DNA of 64,000 nt from Phoronis australis (Eukaryota > Animalia > Phoronida), in contig NMRA01000251.1 of the NCBI GenBank assembly GCA_002633005.1, forward strand, positions 60,486-124,485, in the 5' to 3' direction. Shown one piece after another: positions 51,301 through 62,829 of the stretch. Position 1 is the stretch's first letter; the number at the start of each line of letters is the position of its first letter. Below the pieces are notes generated by a model. The model was given only the letters and a program-made list of their open reading frames with translations. It had not been told where the DNA came from and searched no databases. The position numbers were made by a program, and so were the translations under genes.

Positions 51301-54300
51301 GCAAACATCCGATTTGCCTTCGTTTGTGGCCTGGGAGAAGTCGCACACTGCGTACCGGGTATGTCCCTACGTGCATTTTTTGTTGACGAGTGTGCTGCCA
51401 TCTTTAGAAAAAAAACAAGCGTCATGTCGATAATATGATGGACTATATATATTTGTATATGTAAGGTGTATATTGGTATAGTTCAGTAGTAGCCCGTCAT
51501 TGACCAAAACTTGGTTGAAAGCAGGAGTGTACTTTTTGTTAGATAGCTTAATACACACTCGCACGTAGTTTCTATACAATCGATCTCCTATGATCAGCCG
51601 TGTAGTTATGAAGCAAAATACCAAGAGATAACGGACAAACAATTTAAAAATAGTTGCTATGTTGCGAGACCACATGTCTCATCATTAGGCAATAGGTGAA
51701 ATCAACAAGGAAGCGAAATAAACAGTGAAATAAACGGTGACATCAGGTACATGTAGAAGGGCATGCAAGCAGGGAGCGTGAATTATCACACGGTTGGGAG
51801 TCCTCAAGCCTAATGATACAGAGCCAGCGTGCGGTACACACCTGTGAGCTGCCCATTCAGCCCCTGTTTTTAATGAAAGATCAATACAGACTCCAAAAGC
51901 TTTAATGCAAAACTAGAGGACACATCATATGACTCACTGAGTGCACCAACACTGAATTGCACCTGAAACGTTTCCGGAAACTTAGTATGCTTCGTGTACA
52001 GATCTGAAAAATGACGATAACTTAGTTTTGAAATTCCAAAATGTCTCAACAAGATGACAGCTTAAATAGCCAGATTTCTTTCGAGGTGTTTTAAACTAAC
52101 TGTTTTCACTGGTAGCGAATTTGTTTAGCAGCTGTGTCGTTGATTTAAGGACAAGTCATATTATGAATTTGTTTCACTCAAATTCTACATTTTATATAAT
52201 ACTTGAGAATGTCGGTGCAAATATCCGTTGCAGAGCAACATTTATCTTCTCCACAGAGGACCTTGTTAAAATACAATCTCTGGGCATTCACAACCGTGGG
52301 ACTATGGCGTACGATGCATGGTAAGGCGTGTTACAGTGAAATTATAGGGACGTTTTGAGTTCTTTCCACGTTCTATGAATTATTATCCTTGCTTTCCAGT
52401 TAATTAGTTACCTTTTTTGAAATTTGGACGCAGTCGAATACAAAGCATTCTCAAAACAGGAAGTTGACGACACAACAATATAACGCAGTTCTTTAAAGAT
52501 TCTCTTTCCGCTTTATTATAGATCAAAGGCGAAATGGCTGCCATGGTAATTGACAGCTGACTCCTGCATAATGGGTGCTCAGTTAATCGCCGCCATATGT
52601 AATGAGGTTTCTATGGAAACCGCGCCCAATTTTAAAGTGAAAAAATAATAGTAAATAAGGCAAACACAAACAGGACTGGAAGTTGCGAAATATATATTTT
52701 AGTGGTGTGTTTAACATCGCAATTGCACAATTTGGTTGTTTGTTATTGCCTGTGAAAGTGTTGTGGATATCATCATAGAAGCTGCTAGAAAATTATTTTT
52801 GGAAGCCATTGTTTATGACAATTACCCAGACTCGGCGGTCGAAACACAGGTGCCCACTTTAGCTTAATACGAACGGTGTCGATGAACCCAACGACCAGAC
52901 TCCGGAAAAGGGCAAAGTTCTTCAACAGATTAGAAAGTAAATACGCAGATTCTGCGTCTCCAAAGTGACACCGGCTCCCTCTTTTTGAATTGATTTCCGG
53001 TCAGACTCATGCGCACCGCCCCAAAGCTATTGGGTAGCGGGTTGGAGACCAGTCTTGAGGTACAAGGTAACCATAATAATCTGTAAACAAAAGCAATTTG
53101 TTACAAAAAAACTAGTTGTTCACACATGTTGTCAACTTCCGGTATCGAAAATCCACGTATTTTCTATTATTTGAGTTTTACACAAACTGGTAACTAGTTG
53201 TCTTATAACTCCTTTGAGGCTCCAACGTCTGTCAAAATTGTCCAAAATTCCGGAATTTTGTATTCCACACGGCTAATTAATTCTATCCTAATACAACTCT
53301 CGTTGGCGGTCCATCTTGAACAAGCTCGTCATACTTTTAAAATTGAAGAATGAGGTAACTGACGCGTGCACAACATTTAAACGCAAAACGATTGGAACTA
53401 ACATGGGCGCGTACCAAAGGGGTCCGGGGGACTATACCACCACTTGTTTCAGTGCTACGCCGCCCATGGTCTATGGGCGGTGCACCACAGGGGGGCTGGG
53501 GGGGGGGCTATAGCCCCACTTGTTTCAATGCTGCGCCGCCCATGACGAGGGAGTGTCCCAACGTCTGTCGGTATAAAAGTTCAGCTGTAATCAGAGGAAT
53601 TCTTGTGCTTTTTCTATTTATACACGGTCATGTCTTGTGAGAATTTTGCGCGATCTCGCGAGACGCGCCTGATGGACCCTAGACAAATATCTAACTTTGA
53701 CAAACTTTGGAACATCAGACTCCATCTGGTTGGGTTCACATGAAGCATCAACGTGCAAGGTCTTCCTTCCAATTATGTTTCCGAATTTGCTTTTAACGGC
53801 TCCATTTTTGAACTAGATGCTGTCAAAATATGATTTCTATGATTTTCACCAAAAAAGTAGAAAATTACATCAAAAGAAAACGAACTGATAGTTCATAAAA
53901 AACGACTGGGTTTTTGATTGTGAGTATCAATATCAAATAGAGTTCTGTCATACTATTGGTGCCGCTGTTTTGCCCTTTTGACAGATTGGCTAAAAGTCAA
54001 AAATCAAATTCCACATGTTTTCTTTTGCTTTCAGAAAAGATATATTTTACTGATATGGTATCTAAAGCTCTGCTGCTACGTCTACTTGTCTAAATACACA
54101 GACTTGTCGCCAAGGTCCTGTACTCTGCCATCCGGGTAATTGGTGTTACTTCACTTACCTCGAGACACGGGTATTCGGCACACGATTTGATTAAGTTGCA
54201 GTACAATATCTGAATTAGCGCATGCGCTATGATTATTCATCTGCATGGCAAGTACTGCACCACAAATTACATATATCAAGTTAATAGTCACGTGATTATG

Positions 54301-54442
54301 TTTTTTCAGTTTCTTCACCCATATCTACGTGTTCGACATTTCCCGGACCACAACAACCCACTTTGAGGTGAACCGCTGGATAGAGGCTACCAAGTTCTAC
54401 ACATTTGATGCAACTCGATTTAACGCCCCGTGGATAAAGTAG
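48383..54442 (+). CDS. Small single PLAT/LH2-domain protein, 5'-partial; exons 48383-48464, 51120-51269, 52257-52320, 54310-54442
   Basis: Canonical splice sites (acceptors ttttag, caacag, ccacag, tttcag; donors gtaatg, gtaagt, gtaagg) and phases 1/1/2 give SHPVIPLASLPCEGYTYLIDVTTGFLPDNGTDGDLWFKLLGKTGNSRWYSIKMSDPGHGPPPVLEFSSRYLYLIATSEDLVKIQSLGIHNRGTMAYDACFFTHIYVFDISRTTTTHFEVNRWIEATKFYTFDATRFNAPWIK*. This follows the PLAT pattern Y.I.V.TG...GTD....L.G..G.S...DL..I..I.....W....V.V......F...RW. AATAAA at ~54591 and ~54605. Confidence 0.82.
49366..49522. mobile_element. ~155-bp MITE (GGATCCAGG...CCGCCCCTG family)
   Basis: Shares caaatctagaa.tttca...ttgacttggacc...aaaatccttga...ccgcccctg with 55510-55628. 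Confidence 0.65.
50395..50575. mobile_element. ~180-bp MITE with AATTGACCTATCGC-type TIRs
   Basis: Ends aattgacctttcgc / gcgataggccaatt. A second copy at 54980-55156 aligns over its whole length. Confidence 0.75.
53402..53544. repeat. Second tandem dimer of the CATGGGCG hairpin element
   Basis: Shares ggggggctata..cccacttgtttcaatgctgcgccgcccatg and the cccatggtc junction with 13126-13249. Confidence 0.7.
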
Positions 54443-54979
54443 GTTTTTCATGCTGATGTGAAAGTAAATCGCAAATTTCGTATATGAAACGCAGCATTGG
54501 TTTATGGGTGCCAAATAGGAAGTAAACGATGCATAATGGCTTAAACACAGCAAATGATTTGCTTATGTAGACTACTTAATATAAAATGGAAATAAATGGT
54601 TCTTAATAAACTGAATCAGTGTACATCAAGGAGTCATTGGCCATTCAGAACTAGCAATAACATGCAGAGCTCATTGACCCTACAACTGTGATGATGACCT
54701 ACTTACTATTCCCCAAATCTCGTGCAACTCTAATTTCTCATCATGGATGTGACTTGAATGGTATTCGACACTTGCTGTCTTATTGTAGATATTATCCTGA
54801 TGATGTCTTATGAATTTTCAAAACGTTGAGTGAACATAAACTCTTTTATTTGTGCGGCGATTGTGCATTTTTTAATCTTTCTATTGCCAAAAAATGATGT
54901 AAGCAATAAACTAATACCGTCAATCAAATATTGCTTCACACGGTTCCCTGCTTCCTTCTTCGAACAGTACACCGAAACT

Positions 54980-55156
54980 AATTGACCTATCGCAAGCTCC
55001 GCCCCCTTGCGAAACGTCGACAAACAAACAATAAGTTTTACCCGGCAACGTGTTGTTTGTCGGGTAAAATGGCGGCATGGAAACGAAGGTGTGTCAAGAA
55101 TGCTGCATTCTGATTGGTCACTTAAGCCGTCACTCAAAGTCCTGGCGATAGGTTAT
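54980..55156. mobile_element. Second copy of the ~180-bp MITE
   Basis: aattgacctatcgcaag...aacaaacaataagtttta...ggaaacgaaggtgt...gcgataggtt. Confidence 0.75.
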
Positions 55157-55509
55157 ATTATGTGTATTTATTTGTGTATGAGTTTACGGATACTGGCATT
55201 TATTGTTTCAGTGTTGCAATATAAGCATGTTGCCCAGACAGCATGCCTATTCTATTGATGGTCAGTCGTGTAATCTTTGTTTACTAAATCAATAAAAACG
55301 ACAGAGGAAGTTTCATAGCACTAGTGCTTAGAGAGCATTTATTACACAAACAAACACTAGCGGGGTGTTACCGCATTTGCATAAATGCGTATGGTCCCAC
55401 AGAATTTTAAGGTCACGTGTCAGCAAAAATGGAGAGGAAGTAAGAAGAATGTCTCACTGTCAAGTAAATTCCAATTGACCAGAATCCGTTTCCAGACTGG
55501 CTACATACT

Positions 55510-55628
55510 TTAGGTGGATACGGGGGGGGGGTCAGGGGGGTCCAGACCCTTTTCCCTTGATTATCAAATCTAGAAATTTCAAATCCTTGACTTGGACCTC
55601 CTTTTGAAAATCCTTGAATCCGCCCCTG
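55510..55628. mobile_element. Second copy of the same MITE family
   Basis: Aligns to 49366-49522. Confidence 0.65.
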
Positions 55629-55925
55629 GGCTAAACCTTGACAACATTTCTCCAGTTGTTCCTCCACGTACATTGATCCCTACAACTACATGTACATGTA
55701 CATGCAACTGCGCAACCCCCATTCAGTTTGCGGCTTGCCACAATAACGCCAGATAAAACTCTCAAAACGTTTCGAAAAGAGTTTTGTTGCGACAAAAGTT
55801 CGATGAAACCGCACACTAATTCTGGAAAACATAATATGCAAATTTGGTTTTCTTGCAGACTTCTGTTGACATATGTCGAGTTTATTTTGAAAAACAGTGC
55901 AGCGCAAACACAATAAGTAGACGGG

Positions 55926-57734
55926 GTGGAAAGTGCTCTCCGTTCCATAGACACAGCTTTAAGAATCACATGTGTCTGCTGCAGGGTTTTTTTCCGTTGT
56001 TTCCTGGACACCCTTGGCAAGTACAACGCGTGGTACACGGCCATATCTGGAGGGCCGAAACACACCGAGACGGCAATGACGTGGGTAATGAACTTAACCC
56101 ATGTTTGGTGCGCTTTGTGTGGACTTCTGGTAGCTTCTCTCGTCCCTTTTGCAATAGATTGGGGCAACGTCACCGGCATGGATCTTGTGGAATACTTTGG
56201 GTTCGAGGGATCAACCTTCATCAAAGTCTTCGGAAAGTTGAAGGTGAGTAGAGAAACGATGATCATTGGAATGTTTTTTTGTCTTGCCGTCTTCGCCTCT
56301 ACGCTCATGTGGGAGGTATGGATACGTCACATCCGACGACACGGACAAAAGCTGGTAGACGAGTCTGACTCGTTCTCGCTCACAGAAACGACCAACCGGA
56401 TTCGAGAGAACTGCTGGTATCACCTGTTTAAATCAAAACTGTACATTATGATCAAGTCTAAACAGTTATATGAGAAAGCGAAGGACCTCATACTGCAGTG
56501 GAACTATCGATACACCCATCTGGATGACAGGGAATTCAGAATGTGGGAAAAGTACTGGTTTTCTAAATCCCCTAACGCGCAATCCAGCAAAGAGAAGTTA
56601 CTTTCTTGGTGGCAGAGGTTTGTAAGGTGGGTTAAGCGACATGTTGGCATGGAGAGCGGAAAGCAAGCAAAAGCGAAAGATGATTCATCCAAGACCTCCT
56701 TGAAATCAGAACAGAAAAGTAGCGGCTCAAGCATCCACTCGACAAGTTCACACGGCCTTACACTTCCCGGGAAGAGACAACATGGCCCCCAATTAAAGTC
56801 AAAAAAGTCGAGGAATGCACTGAAATCCATGGAAGAAAGCGGCAAAAAAGAACACAAAACACAGCACAAGCATCACGCAGGGGTTCACAGCCCGAAGGAA
56901 ATTAAGCATAGTTTAGTGACGACTGCGCAAGCAGACAGCAAAAAAAAACTCAAAGCGCACCATAAGCATCACGCGGACCAAGCTAAAAGTGCAACGACGG
57001 GCACAACTACTACATCGGAAGAGAGTAGCAAGCACGAAAGACATCACAAGACCCACAAACATAACAAAGAAGTCCCGCACAGGAGTAAGACCGGTGATAT
57101 AGAGCACGACGCCAAACTAGAGAAAAAAAAGCCTGGCGAACGAGAAACTTCTGCAAAAGAGGCCAAGTCTCAGCGAACAAAGGTAGGTCATGCTAAACCG
57201 CATTCCGAAGGCCATCGTGTCCAAAAAAAGAACCGTCGGCCAGTGGATCGGGGAATCAAGCATCGAAGTGGTTCAGTGTCTCATACTAATGCTTCTGCGA
57301 ATGCTCGCATGACTCCACGTGGTGGATCTGTAAATCAGAGTAATATGGGTCGCTCCATGGCCAGCCATTTGGGAGAACCAAAAAGTGTATCAAATGAAAA
57401 CGCAATTCGCAGACACCAACATCGTAAGACCTTTAAGAATAGTAATTCCACAGGCTCCAGGGAAAAGGTATTTAAACCCAGGTCAAAAGACAGAGTTGAG
57501 GGTTGGGAATCTTCTGCGGACAACAGTTCGCAGGAATCAGATTACGTTTACAAAGACATCAAACACTGTATGAAACGTCAGGAGTCCAACACGTCGAAGG
57601 TGTCGCGCTATCTTGCGGGGCTCCATGCCAAACATATTGGCTTAGAAAACTCCGTCAACCGCCGTCTGTCGGAAGGTTTAAGGGACATTGTGATTCACGA
57701 AAGTAGAAAGGAGAGGTTAGAAAATATAAAGTGA
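55926..57734 (+). CDS. Intronless uncharacterised membrane-anchored protein with a basic Lys/Ser/His/Arg-rich tail (552 aa from first ATG at 56076; 602 aa from GTG at 55926)
   Basis: A 1.8-kb uninterrupted frame in an AT-rich genome where other ORFs outside the N gap are 225 aa or shorter. Two hydrophobic segments (VWCALCGLLVASLVPFAI; MIIGMFFCLAVFASTLMWEVWI), a Trp-rich juxtamembrane region, then ~350 aa of low-complexity charged sequence. No family recognised. Confidence 0.78.
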   Translation: MESALRSIDTALRITCVCCRVFFRCFLDTLGKYNAWYTAISGGPKHTETAMTWVMNLTHVWCALCGLLVASLVPFAIDWGNVTGMDLVEYFGFEGSTFIKVFGKLKVSRETMIIGMFFCLAVFASTLMWEVWIRHIRRHGQKLVDESDSFSLTETTNRIRENCWYHLFKSKLYIMIKSKQLYEKAKDLILQWNYRYTHLDDREFRMWEKYWFSKSPNAQSSKEKLLSWWQRFVRWVKRHVGMESGKQAKAKDDSSKTSLKSEQKSSGSSIHSTSSHGLTLPGKRQHGPQLKSKKSRNALKSMEESGKKEHKTQHKHHAGVHSPKEIKHSLVTTAQADSKKKLKAHHKHHADQAKSATTGTTTTSEESSKHERHHKTHKHNKEVPHRSKTGDIEHDAKLEKKKPGERETSAKEAKSQRTKVGHAKPHSEGHRVQKKNRRPVDRGIKHRSGSVSHTNASANARMTPRGGSVNQSNMGRSMASHLGEPKSVSNENAIRRHQHRKTFKNSNSTGSREKVFKPRSKDRVEGWESSADNSSQESDYVYKDIKHCMKRQESNTSKVSRYLAGLHAKHIGLENSVNRRLSEGLRDIVIHESRKERLENIK

Positions 57735-58599
57735 CTGCCTTCTAGATGCCTCACATGTTTACATCCGAGCAACAAACATTTGACACATATGTTCATGATA
57801 CGAGATTTGAAAAAAATTATGTCAACCATAAATATTTCATTATTTCGGGAAGTCTAGCGTCAAAATACACCATTGTATGTGGACTCCCTCTTACAGTAAC
57901 TCGGGGATAAGGCACTTACATGTAAGGTTGGTCAGTTCAAATCAACAATTCTTGACCTAGGTCGAAGGGGCGGGCGGACTGCCGACTACTAAAGTCTGTT
58001 TCATGAAAGGAGAGATTTGGTGTTACTCTTCCACTTCCCATTTGCTAAAAATGTTGTTCAAGTGAATTTTTAATATCTTTATGTAAGACAAAATTGATCA
58101 CTAAGCCTTCAGTCGCTTTTCAAGATGCACGCAACAGGTGTAGCGTAACCTAATCCCGGCCAGTGAAGCTTCGGTCGCGCAGTTAGTCACTACGTGGCAA
58201 TGTCCAAAATACCAGCTTGATGGATAATCGTGCCTCATGTTTACCCTCATAAAAATAAGGAAGTCTCACCTGTCCAATTGTCTACACTGTTTACATGCTG
58301 ACTGAGACGCCAGCGTCTTTGCTAACACTTTCTCTAGCAGCAAAAGCGCCAGTAGTGTGTACGGCCGTAACGATCGTTTTTGGTGGCGCTTAGGTGGAGG
58401 TTTGGGTTACTCCCAAATTATTGGCGTTTTCGCCAGCACTTTCACATACAAACAGCTTACAAAGACCGGTAGCCCAGAGCACTTAGCATAAATGAATGCG
58501 ATACCTTCATCTGACCATAGCAGTACTTAGAGTCCAACTCAGTATGTACGGAAATGGGCGTTTACCGTTGCCTGCAATTTGGATGTGATACCTGTGGAC

Positions 58600-59470
58600 C
58601 TTACAATGGTGCCAAAAATAATGAGCTGGATAAGATATTTGAGGTACCAGACCACACTGATTTAAAACGTACTATAGTATCGCACGGAACACCAAATAGA
58701 CAAATTACACTCTGGAATGGGTCCGGCAGAACCCAAAAAGGCGCCCAAAAATGAGCTAGCTCATATACATGTACTCGAGGTTTCACAAGAAACAATACCA
58801 TGTGATTCAATACAGGTCACGAATCACAAAGTACTCCATGACAGACAAAATGCACTCTGAGTTGTACCCGCCAGAAACCCTCAAAAATGTCAACCACGGT
58901 ATGCCATTGGAAATTTGATCTAGTTTAGATATTCGAGGTACCAACTAAAACTGATTTAAAACTAACAATAGTACCACACTGAACACCGAATGACCCGTGA
59001 CATACGAACTGCACTCTGGAAAGGGTCAGCCACAAACCCAAAAATGCCAACACCCAAGAATGAGCTGCATTCGAGGTACCACATAAAATGAATTTCAGAT
59101 AAACCAATACTTGTCACTGATCACTAAATGTCCTATGACATATAAAATACACTTACACATCCCCAAAAATCTCAACCACGGTATGCCATTGGAAGTTTGA
59201 GCTACGTTAGATATTCGAGGTACCGGCTAAGTCTGCTAAGTCTGACTTAAAACCAACAATTTTGCCACAATGAACACCGGATGACCCATGGCACCCAAAT
59301 TTTCTTCTGAAAAGGGTCCAATAAAAACTCAAAAACGACGCCCGAACAGGATCTTGGTCATATACTCGAGGTAGCACAACAAATTATTCCATGTGATTTA
59401 AACAGAAGTTACTGGTTACTAAATGGCCTGTGGTAAACACAAATTCATTCTGGATTGTTCACGACAATCT
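58600..59470. repeat. Degenerate satellite, ~140-150 bp monomers in ~290-bp dimers
   Basis: gatatt(c/t)gaggtacc at ~58635, ~58928 and ~59211 alternates with tcgaggt..caca at ~58775, ~59070 and ~59365; tcaaccacggtatgccattggaa occurs twice. Confidence 0.75.
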
Positions 59471-59503
59471 CATAAATCAGAACCACGTAATTCTTTGAAC
59501 ACC

Positions 59504-59694
59504 CCATGCGCGCACCCAGCCTTTTTGTTTGGGAGGGCTCGAATTTTCGACTAAAGGGACCCTTTTGCTAACAAAAAACTGTAGGACTAAGAAAAACAGA
59601 ACTGTGAACTGTGCGTGCGCCGTTTTAGTGGACTTTCGTCCCGTTTCCTCGGTCTTTCCGTTTCTCCGAGCTCCCCCCCTGGGTGCGCGCATGG
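59504..59694. mobile_element. MITE with perfect 16-bp TIR CCATGCGCGCACCCAG
   Basis: TIRs seen directly. Related truncated copies start catgcgtgcacccagcc at ~30404 and ~32366. Confidence 0.75.
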
Positions 59695-61020
59695 ACCCTT
59701 GAAATACAATTTTAAAAAATGAAACATTAACCTTGTAAAAGAACACACTCCAGTACTTCGTGTCGCACAAACAGCCTTGGGTGTATTTGCCAATAGCCCA
59801 GCTCTTTGCGGACTGTTCCACGTTTTTGGATTTTTCCCGGCATTCCTCCACATCATCTAAATAACCCGCTTTTTACGCACAGCCAAATTGACATCGTCGG
59901 GATACCTATCGTCTTCAGGCTCCAATNACGCTAAATTCGAGCATTTTGATTACAGTAATCTATGTTAGTTAGTCTTAAGTTTAAAGAAAGCTAACTACAG
60001 TAGCCTATCCATGATTTTAAACTGCCGCATATATGCTTCTGTATCATTATAGTAGACTTTATACATGTATTTCTGGATCAATGCTGATTTCAAAAAGGTC
60101 ATAAATCTAATATGTGATATTTTTATTTTCAGTCTTCTGATTTTATCAGAGGGTTACATTATACATACACATGATTTAATTTCCATGCATGAATTTCTTA
60201 GAATGCAACGAAACAAAGGTGATTAATCGCCTAGGAAGCTGTAGTGTCGGAGCCTCAAGCTCGGTGTGTCAGTCTTTTCAGTAAACCACGCGGAAATGCT
60301 ATTCTAAGCGCAGAGATTAAATCTTTTAAAGTAGACTTGCAGAGAACCCAAGCACACGGCAAGCAACAAACATATCTGTTCTGAACATCGAATCACAACT
60401 GGGTAGCAGTGGCGGATCTACGTTTTCTGTAAATGGGGTGAGGATTCGCGAAATCGCGAATCCGAGGCGCCTACCGCTCAGCGGGGAGAGGTTGGGACAG
60501 GGGTTCCACCCTCCGGTGTGAGACATTTTTTTGTTTTTGTAACCAAATAGTGCAGTTTCCAAGCACCGAGGTGAGTTTGTGACAGTTAACGTGTCTCTGG
60601 AGTTTTTCTTAGGGTGATTTAAAAACCTTCTCGATTTCGTCACATGAACTCGGCTCATCAGTTCCCTAAAAACCATATTTGTGCACATTTGGATATCAGT
60701 CACGCAACCAGCAAAATTGTTGATGCAAAATCCGTCTACATGCACCGTTTTGCAGCATACGAAAAGGTCGTATACGAAAAAGTGTAGTGTACAACTATTC
60801 ATGAGCATAAGGAGCACCGACGGCCACGTCAAAACCCAATACAAGAATATCAGATGATCGCGTGACAGCATTCTGAAGTTGTTTAAGAACGAGGTCCTGC
60901 ACTGTTACGGCCAGAGATAAACATACATGTATGTTCTGTTTTGTTTCGAGAAAAACTGACGAACGATGGTGATCTCAGCTCATAGTCTATTATTAAAAGC
61001 GACAATAAACACTTAAGTAT

Positions 61021-62040
61021 CACTTTATTAAGCTGTTGGGGTACCGTATGTCGCAACAATTGAAAAACGTCAAATGTATCAAGAAACAAATCACCTGAAA
61101 ACATTTTCACGGAACCAAAACATACTGTACACGGTGGTGAAAAGATATACTGTACAAGACCACTTCGTCGAAAGATCAGATGTACACTCAGAGCCAATAT
61201 CTACACAAACAAGCTATCCTGGTCTGTCACGAGACCAAAAGTATACCTGTGTTTATTATCCCTGTAAAAATAGTCGATCTGTCGTGGGACCAAACAGTAC
61301 TGACTCAAGGTAAATAGTTTTTTCAAAGCACACTCTGGTAAAAATGACGAGTTTGCTGAAGGACCAGAAGTACACTGACTGTCACTGTCTACACAAATAT
61401 GCTGGTCTAGTCCGTCGCGAGACANCACTTTATTAAGCTGTTGGGGTACCGTATGTCGCAACAATTGAAAAACGTCAAATGTATCAAGAAACAAATCACC
61501 TGAAAACATTTTCACGGAACCAAAACATACTGTACACGGTGGTGAAAAGATATACTGTACAAGACCACTTCGTCGAAAGATCAGATGTACACTGAGAGCC
61601 AATATCTACACAAACAAGCTATCCTGGTCTGTCACGAGACCAAAAGTATACCTGTGTTTATTATCCCTGTAAAAATAGTCGATCTGTCGTGGGACCAAAC
61701 AGTAACTGACTCAAGGTAAATAGTTTTTTCAAAGCACACTCTGGTGAAAATGACGAGTTTGCTGAAGGACCAGAAGTACACTGACTGTCACAGTCTACAC
61801 AAATATGCTGGTCTAGTCCGTCGCGAGACAACAAGTTCACTATATTAAACATCAACATTAAATAAATACTCGAAATGTCACGAGATCAAAAAGTACCGAA
61901 TGCTCAATAAATAGCTTTACAAAACACGCTGTGGTAAAAATATTACAAGACCAGTTCGCCGAGAGACTAGAAGTACACTAAGAGTCAATAGCTACATAAA
62001 TGAGCTGGTCTGGTCCGTCACGAGACCTAAAGTAGACTAT
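61021..62040. repeat. Degenerate ~190-bp tandem repeat including a near-exact 405-bp duplication across the N at 61426
   Basis: The motif gac..gtt.g..ga..ga..aga.gtacact...ctaca.aaa...gct...ct.gtc.gtc.cgagac recurs five times; 61021-61425 is nearly identical to 61427-61832. Confidence 0.85.
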
Positions 62041-62829
62041 TAAAAAACCTGAATTGAAAACTGCTGCTTAATCACTTTGTAATCCCCAGTGGTTGCTCAT
62101 ACATGTATTGCATGCATCTTGATGTTACTTAATGACATGAATTGCAGAACACACGAATTGGACTGCTTTGGATAAAGCGCTTGACGATCTTTGCGTTGTT
62201 TTGTAATGCATGGTCACCAGTGATAACCCTGCAAGCCTTTCCTTAGACATACACATGTAGTAGCCCTCAAATGTGTCTTCGCACGACTAAGCCTGCAAAG
62301 GGACCTCCCTGCCTAGCAGGATTTAATGGGGGATAGACATCCTCTCAATAACAGCTCCCTACGGTTTGGAGAGATGTTGCAGTCTACGTGCATGAGTGCG
62401 GAACGCAAGTTGTTTGGCAATTCCTCTCGACTTTGAGCATTCAGGTTCCGCTTTTGCACAGCACCGTCAGGGCAGAAGTTGTACATTGACAATCATTATT
62501 TGAGTAATGTCAATGTAAATAAAGATTCCCCTAACACCTGGCCGTGGGATGGAAATCTAGTTGTTTCACAACAGTTTCTGCCAGCAAATACTAAATTACC
62601 ATGAGCTCACACGGCCTCGGTGTCCCGTCATTTAGTTTTATTGCACCTAAAGCCGGTAACGCATTGATTTATTCATGGCTGGCTTCTCAAATCATTTGCA
62701 CTCACGAACACTCCACAGGCATTGCAAATTGCATCTAATGAGCCAGAAATTGTTTAAGTTTTATATAAGTATTGGTTAGGGGGGAAAATAATTCATTTTG
62801 AAACAGAACGCTCAGTAATAAACGCCAAC

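Noticed and set aside
54102-54170. Exon-like Cys-containing segment (TCRQGPVLCHPGNWCYF) in the last PLAT intron
   Set aside because: Splicing from the phase-2 donor creates TG|A (stop), and the PLAT domain is complete without it.
55631-56308. 225-aa minus-strand ORF and other ORFs overlapping the 602-aa gene
   Set aside because: Antisense or alternate-frame shadows of the plus-strand ORF with no recognisable motifs.
60326-61858. ORFs of 181, 104, 133 and 65 aa on the minus strand
   Set aside because: They run through MITE and tandem-repeat sequence and an N join, and show no protein-like features.
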